Shown: positions 58,531 through 64,000 of the stretch, one piece after another
How positions within the stretch are numbered: the first letter of the stretch is position 1
Layout of the letters: every line of letters starts with the position of its first letter
NCBI GenBank assembly: GCA_951804945.1
Contig: OX638153.1
Coordinates: forward strand, 29,946,001 to 30,010,000
Direction: 5' to 3'
Origin: Podarcis cretensis
Taxonomy: Eukaryota
Length of the DNA: 64,000 bases
Notes under the pieces: model-generated
Told to the model about the DNA's origin: nothing
Databases searched by the model: none
Seen by the model: only the letters and a program-made list of their open reading frames with translations
Program-made: the position numbers and the translations under genes

Positions 58531-59130
58531 ATTTGGGGTAACAAAAGAATGAGTGGGAAAGCCCCCTGCCACTTCTCTGTTCCCACTCACCTCCTCCTGA
58601 GGTGGCTTTTCCTGTGAAGTAAGAGCTACTTATTACACAAGTTCATGCCTAACGTACAGTTTGACGCTTAGTGTTTCATGTGAAAATGACTGTAGATTGG
58701 TTGGCAACCTTCTCTAACCTTGCTATACCCTTTATTGAGAATAGGGCCGTCAATGGCTACTATCCATGATTGATGTTCTCCTTTCCCTGGCAGACAGTAT
58801 ATGGTTGCTGGGGGTCACAAGTGGGGAGAGTGCAGTTGTGCTCATGTCATGCTTCTGTTCTGTTCTGATGTACTTGCAGCTCTGCCTCCTTATGAACAGT
58901 CTCTCTAATGGCTTCTTAATCATTTTCTCTCTTATTTGCCTTTCCGTCAAGATTATGTTCATCTACTCTTTGTACATGGGCATACAACCCCATGCTGCAC
59001 TTTTGCATCCTATCACTGAGAGCACCTACGTAAGTGTAATTCTTGATGCATTTCCTGGTGACATGAAATTTATTGAAGACATCGTCATAACTTTATCGCT
59101 GCCCTCAAACATGTCATTCTGGTTGTTGTT

Positions 59131-59159
59131 ATCATCATCATCATCATCATCATCATCAT
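59131..59159. repeat. (ATC)n microsatellite
   Basis: Read directly. Confidence 0.92.
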
Positions 59160-60450
59160 TTTAAAAGCCTTGTTTTGTTTCCCTCATTTGACTGCTTATA
59201 TCTATGTTGAGAATTAATGGCTAAATAGAAAAAGGGAGGCAAGTTTTTAAACAATGGGACTTAGGTTGTGTGCACACTATACATTTAAAGCATATTTCTC
59301 CTCTCAAAGCAATCTAGGCACTGTAGATGGGTGACTGAGGCGAGGAATGAAAGGCAAACAAAGCACAACCCAGTCTGTCAAACTCTGCTCACTATTGTGA
59401 ATGACCGCCAGAAGCAGAGTAGCAATGAATATCCAGGAAAAAACAGGAAACTGTGGAAGCTAAAGTGCCGAATGTACAGAGACATCAAAATCAGATCTTT
59501 ATGACCCATTCACAATATAAAGCCTCCATATGGAAGCACCTTAAGAGTAGGTAATAGTGGGATTCATAGTCATACACAGGATAAGGCAGCTTCCTATGTG
59601 GTAATGATTTTGTGCCATTCTCTCTGACCAACCGGGATGTCCACAACATGCCCACTCCATTTTGAACCCTGGCTTCCTCTATTCTCAGCATTGCTTCTCC
59701 ATAAAAAAAAAAAAAGCATTGCTTCTCCATTTGTTGGTTCCTATCCAGCCAACGCTTTAAGATCTTCAGTACCTCACAGGGAAAGATTTCTGGCACCCAC
59801 CTATTTGTACGTGGGATAGAATATATGAGATGGAATATGGAGGTAGCTGTGAATTTGTTTTGTGACCTCATACTGGCCCAGAATATCACTCACATTTCCA
59901 TATGCTGTAATGGAACACAGAGGATTTCAACTCTTCCCATCTCCTTGGGAATGTTCCTGTCCTCAGAATCAATGTGAAAGACTGTCTTGTTCAGTATTGT
60001 CTACACTGGCAGACAGTGGCTCTCGAGGGTTTGAGGCAGCGGACATTGTTTGGATGGAGTGACCAGCTTATTATTGGTAGGAAAGTTCTGTGTGGATTTT
60101 ATTTCTTCAGTCATTTCAAAAGCTTCCATGGAAAGTTTGATAGTGATATAGTTAAAACACTTTCTGTGACATAAAGGAAGTTCCAGTAGATTGTGTCCTA
60201 AGTGCTCAGCCACAAAGTGATTCCATCAAACTAGCTACCCACTTAGGCTGATTATCGTGTTGTAACACGAAAGAACACCATAAAAATAGGAAACAGCAGG
60301 CACTCTTAACTGCTGAATGTATGGCCTGCCATTTCCTTGAGGTGTATCTGCTTGGTATTAACGTCACTTGTTAGAGGTTTTGACCATGATGCATGTTCAA
60401 ATGTTTAGGAATTCAGATAAATGTGAAATTGCTTGGTGTGCAAAAGCATA

Positions 60451-60591
60451 CTAGAATCATAGAGTTGGAAGGGACCACAAGGGTCATGTAGTCCAATGCC
60501 CTACAATGTAAGAATCTTTCACCCAACACGGGGATTGAACCCATGACCCTGAGATTAAGAGTCTCATGTTCTGCCAACTGAGCTATCCAGC
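60451..60591 (-). mobile_element. tRNA-Lys(CTT)-derived SINE with CR1-like tail
   Basis: Reverse-complement tRNA-Lys head (60521-60591) plus tail attcttacattgtagggcattggactacatgacccttgtggtcccttccaactctatgattctag. Confidence 0.85.
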
Positions 60592-62820
60592 TATCCCTTC
60601 ACTTTCCTTAGAGTTTAATCTCTTAATCTTTACTGGAAAAGTTTGAAAAGAAGGAGGGGAGGTGGGAAGGTATTGATCACAGAGAAAACTCTTGAAATAA
60701 ATGGTTGCTCCCATTCACATGTTCCTTGTGGCTTGCCAAAGAGTTGCTACGGTTTCTAATAATGGCTCGGGCTGGCTTTAACCCCCACCCTACAAAAAGA
60801 ATGTTCCAGTTCATCTTATCAGCTATCCGGCAAGAAGTTTGTGCAGATCATTTGATTTGCTGCAGAAAGAATGACTGAAATTACTATGTGCTTCTGATGC
60901 TCTCTAAAAGTTAAAAGTATCTGTGAGGGGACAAATAGCTTTATACACCACTTTGAGGGGTTTTTTCTACAATCAAGCAGCATATAAATTTTATGAAATA
61001 AATAAATGCAACCAAAGATGGGTATTGTCAGACTTAATGAACAGTTTCCTGCGCAATCATTGGGTTCCCCACCCCCGCAAGCAGTGTTAGTACTGTATTC
61101 TGTTTTCCCAGTGTTTCCTTACCTAATAATTTCCCCGTCTTATATGATCTTTTACACAATGTGAACACCACTTCTATAAATGTGCAATCTAGTGCATGTC
61201 TAATGCTCACATCTGTTTTAATTGCTTCCAGACAAAACTCCATTGGCAACCCCGATAGCCCCAGAAAATTGTGGGGTGGAATTGGGGACCGTATCCTGGT
61301 TTTCTGCTCTTTCCCACGGTTTTTGTTGGTAAATAATGGGGAAACAAAACATATGTACATGTGCTTAAAGGGCGGGGAGTGGTGTATGATGATGTCACAC
61401 CATGTCCACCAGTGTGAATGAAATTTAGTGTCTTATATAATTTAGTGACATGGTCAGATATCCATCAAAAAGCCACAGTTTCATAATGTGACAGGAACAT
61501 TTGAAAGTGGGACAGATGAGCTGGCATTACAACTGTGCTAGCTCCCACCCTCAGACACAGTACTTGGACTCTCAGCTCAGGGAAACCAGAGAGCTTTATT
61601 CAATAAATCAGTATATGATATCAGCATTAGTTCAAAGTGCAGGACACATGATTCACAAGTCTATAAGCTTCTAAGATTCATGGCTAGGCAGCAGCTAAGA
61701 TATTATCTCAACATTTGACATGTTCCTCCTGCTCAACTTTTGAAGTGGGGCAGGACGAGTAATTTGCATGGTTCTTGTCCCAGGCAAAAAAGACTACACT
61801 TGCAAGCATGCACTCCTGTGGGTGTGCTGGGTCTGTTCACACCAACACAATCATTGGCACATCTTTGACAATGGGGCCTGAGTTGGTTTCTCCAACTCAA
61901 CTTCTGCCTCTGATTCAGCTGGCCCTATTCATTGGCCAGCAGCCTCCTTGGTTACCATGGGAACTTCACTCTCAAGGGTTGGGTAAGATTGACTTAGACA
62001 GTTTCCACTGCCCATCTCTGATGTCCAGTAACAAAGGGGTCAATCAATCAACTCACTGCTTGGCCTCTCCCCATCTCTGAACTCTGTATCCTTCTCCTTC
62101 TCTGCTACATCCTGCCCCAGTTAATGCCACAGTACCCATGACACTAACCTGGAAAACTAAAGTAATAAGATCCGTATGGTGCCAATATGGCCTGAGCTGC
62201 TTCTTGGAACTTTGGTTAGGTGTGTCTGCCCCATGGACAGTGCAGTAAATAGTGCAATACTATATATTTCTGTTCAGAAGCAGGCTCTATTGACTTTAAT
62301 GGGACTTACTCTCGGGTAAGTGTTTATTGGATTGCAGATTAAATTACTGAAAAGATATACTCTCCCCTGTGAAGGAAACCAACCCTAGGAAGTTTTAGTA
62401 AGAAATAACTACTGCTCAGAAAAGAGAGAGAAGGATTTTAAAATATTTCTTTCTTTCTTTAAACCACCCATCATCTGAAACTCTTGTAGTCGCTTACAAT
62501 ATTTAAAACAAGCAACAGGATACTAATATTTAGTATTATTTATTATAGCTATATTATACTATAGTTATGGTATATAGACATTTAAAACATTATTGCTATT
62601 TGGTATTATTTATATATAATACTATAATTATGATATACTGTATGGCCATTATAAAACTGGTTGGTATAAAACTGGTTGGTAGATGCCCTTATCATTATAA
62701 AACTGCACCCTTAACTACTCTATATTGTATTGACTTGCTGTGTGCATAGATTCTGAAAATTATTTTTTTAAGGCTGCAATCCTTAATGCTAAAGACCCCC
62801 TGTAAGTTTTCTTAGAATGA

Positions 62821-62905
62821 AGCCTGCAATCCAGTGACTTTGGAGTAACTCCCGCTGAATTTGGTGGGACTTTACTTCTGGGTAGCCATGCACTGGATTG
62901 CGCTG
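62821..62905. mobile_element. Short palindromic MITE upstream of SRGN
   Basis: gcaatccagtg ... cactggattgc inverted ends, followed by taa. Confidence 0.6.
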
Positions 62906-62993
62906 TAACCTGTCAGTCTAGTTTGGGCAACTTCCTTCTTGTGCTGAGTGGTTTGAGAGCTGTAGAATTAGGGCTCCAGGTTTTGATGTTAGA

Positions 62994-63030
62994 TGCGTCA
63001 CTTTTCTGTGCTCAGGAAGTTGTGACGCAA
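62994..63030 (+). promoter_or_regulatory. SRGN proximal promoter: ETS site flanked by CRE-like half sites
   Basis: CAGGAAGT 63013-63020, then TGACGCAA 63023-63030; inverted TGCGTCAC at 62994-63001; about 110-145 nt upstream of the ATG. Confidence 0.7.
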
Positions 63031-63137
63031 GTCATGGGTTGGGTTTGAGGTTTTGGAAACCTTTTGTAAAGGCAAATCACTCTCCTTGCCCTTTTGCATT
63101 TGCAAAGTAGCAGTGACAGTTGGAGGATAACGGAGGC

Positions 63138-63228
63138 ATGCAGGCCAAAATGCAGATGCTTGTCAGACATAACGGGAGGATTTTCGTGGCGCTTTGTGTA
63201 ATCCTCTTTATGGGATGCACAGTACAAG
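63138..63228 (+). CDS. SRGN: Serglycin exon 1 (signal peptide); gene continues beyond the window
   Basis: MQAKMQMLVRHNGRIFVALCVILFMGCTVQ G|gtaaaa: basic N-region, hydrophobic core, VQG end and phase-1 donor, as in recalled SRGN exon 1. Expected syntenic position after KIFBP; ETS+CRE motifs upstream. Confidence 0.88.
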
Positions 63229-63321
63229 GTAAAACCGCAAGTGGCTGTTTTCTCTTTTTTCTTTTTCTGTAATCTTCTTGTTGTGCTACGCAGCCTGATA
63301 TAGGAAAAACAAGGCTAGTTA

Positions 63322-63413
63322 GTTGTGCAATCCTACACTTGTCTACTTGGAAACAAGTCCTACTGAATTCAATGGGACTTAACTCCCAAGTAACTGTGCA
63401 GAGGATTGCTGTC
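63322..63413. mobile_element. Short palindromic MITE in SRGN intron 1
   Basis: tta|g..gcaatcct...aagtcctactgaattcaatgggactt...aggattgc...|taa. Confidence 0.62.
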
Positions 63414-64000
63414 TAAAACAGAGCTGCTCCATGTCTTTCTCATGTGGATTTTAAGATTAGCATTATATACAACACCAGTCATGTGTTACTCCAACCCCAC
63501 ATATGAATGTGGAGGTAGCCATGCTACAGCAGAGCAATTTATTTGCATGGGTGGCTACACTGATGTGTTGCTTTTATTCTTTTGAAAAAGGAGAGGTGTC
63601 TGCTCCTGCTCCACAAACACAGGAGTACACTGCCTCTAAAGACTTAAATTAGAAAGGGCAGGGGGAAGGAAAATAAAAGTGACCTAAAGAAGGCTGACTG
63701 AGTTACTGGGCATTGCTTAAAAAAAAGGAAAAGGTTGTCTTCTTAATGCTCAATACTCCTTGTTTTGTTTTCAGTAGGCATGATGTGCTCTCCTATGCGT
63801 GAGTAGTGCAGTTGGGGAGCACGTGTATATGGGGAGCGGGGGGGGGGGGGAATATGGTCACTGAATGACATTGGTATGGTCTGTGGGGGGAAGTGTGTCA
63901 CTTATTTCCAGTGATATCACAGACGCTAAAAAGTTCAACTATCCTCTACCCAGCACCTTACAATTGCAACGGCTATATGAGCTGTGTGCCTATGTGCACA

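Noticed and set aside
58590-60260. Minus-strand exon chain (donors near 58590 and 59893, acceptor near 59221)
   Set aside because: All frames carry several stops and phases do not join cleanly; the + strand splice sites are stronger. Not excluded as a non-coding transcript.
1-64000. CRISPR arrays, rRNA genes, operons or prokaryotic or viral systems
   Set aside because: None seen; the window is intron-containing vertebrate DNA, and its repeats are microsatellites and transposon remnants.

Overview
Vertebrate genomic DNA from a squamate, most likely a lacertid lizard (inferred from lacertid-type Sauria SINEs and tRNA-Lys/CR1-tail SINEs). It carries the conserved block STOX1 - DDX21 - KIFBP - SRGN, all on the + strand. 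By hand I could splice complete in-frame models with GT-AG introns for STOX1 (4 exons, 995 aa), a single DDX21/DDX50-type helicase (15 exons, 700 aa) and KIFBP (7 exons, 607 aa). I also found the signal-peptide exon 1 of serglycin (63138-63228, not in the ORF track) with its ETS/CRE promoter. Three CpG islands mark the first three promoters. Introns and intergenic DNA hold Sauria SINEs, tRNA-head SINEs, CR1 and L2 fragments, and hAT, Tc1/pogo and PIF/Harbinger-type MITEs, several with readable target-site duplications (TSDs). Main points for follow-up: (i) only one DDX21/50 gene where human has tandem DDX50+DDX21, with mosaic residues and no FRGQR repeats; (ii) a chain of well-formed + strand exon candidates, including a hydrophobic one, downstream of an RFX X-box-like cluster in the KIFBP-SRGN interval, suggesting an unannotated or decaying gene that I could not identify; (iii) clear retrotransposition footprints (poly-A-only insertion with a 16-bp TSD, a SINE nested in a MITE end, a SINE sharing its tail with a CR1). 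Gene identities rest on recalled orthologue sequences, not a database search. Most short ORFs in the track are spurious.
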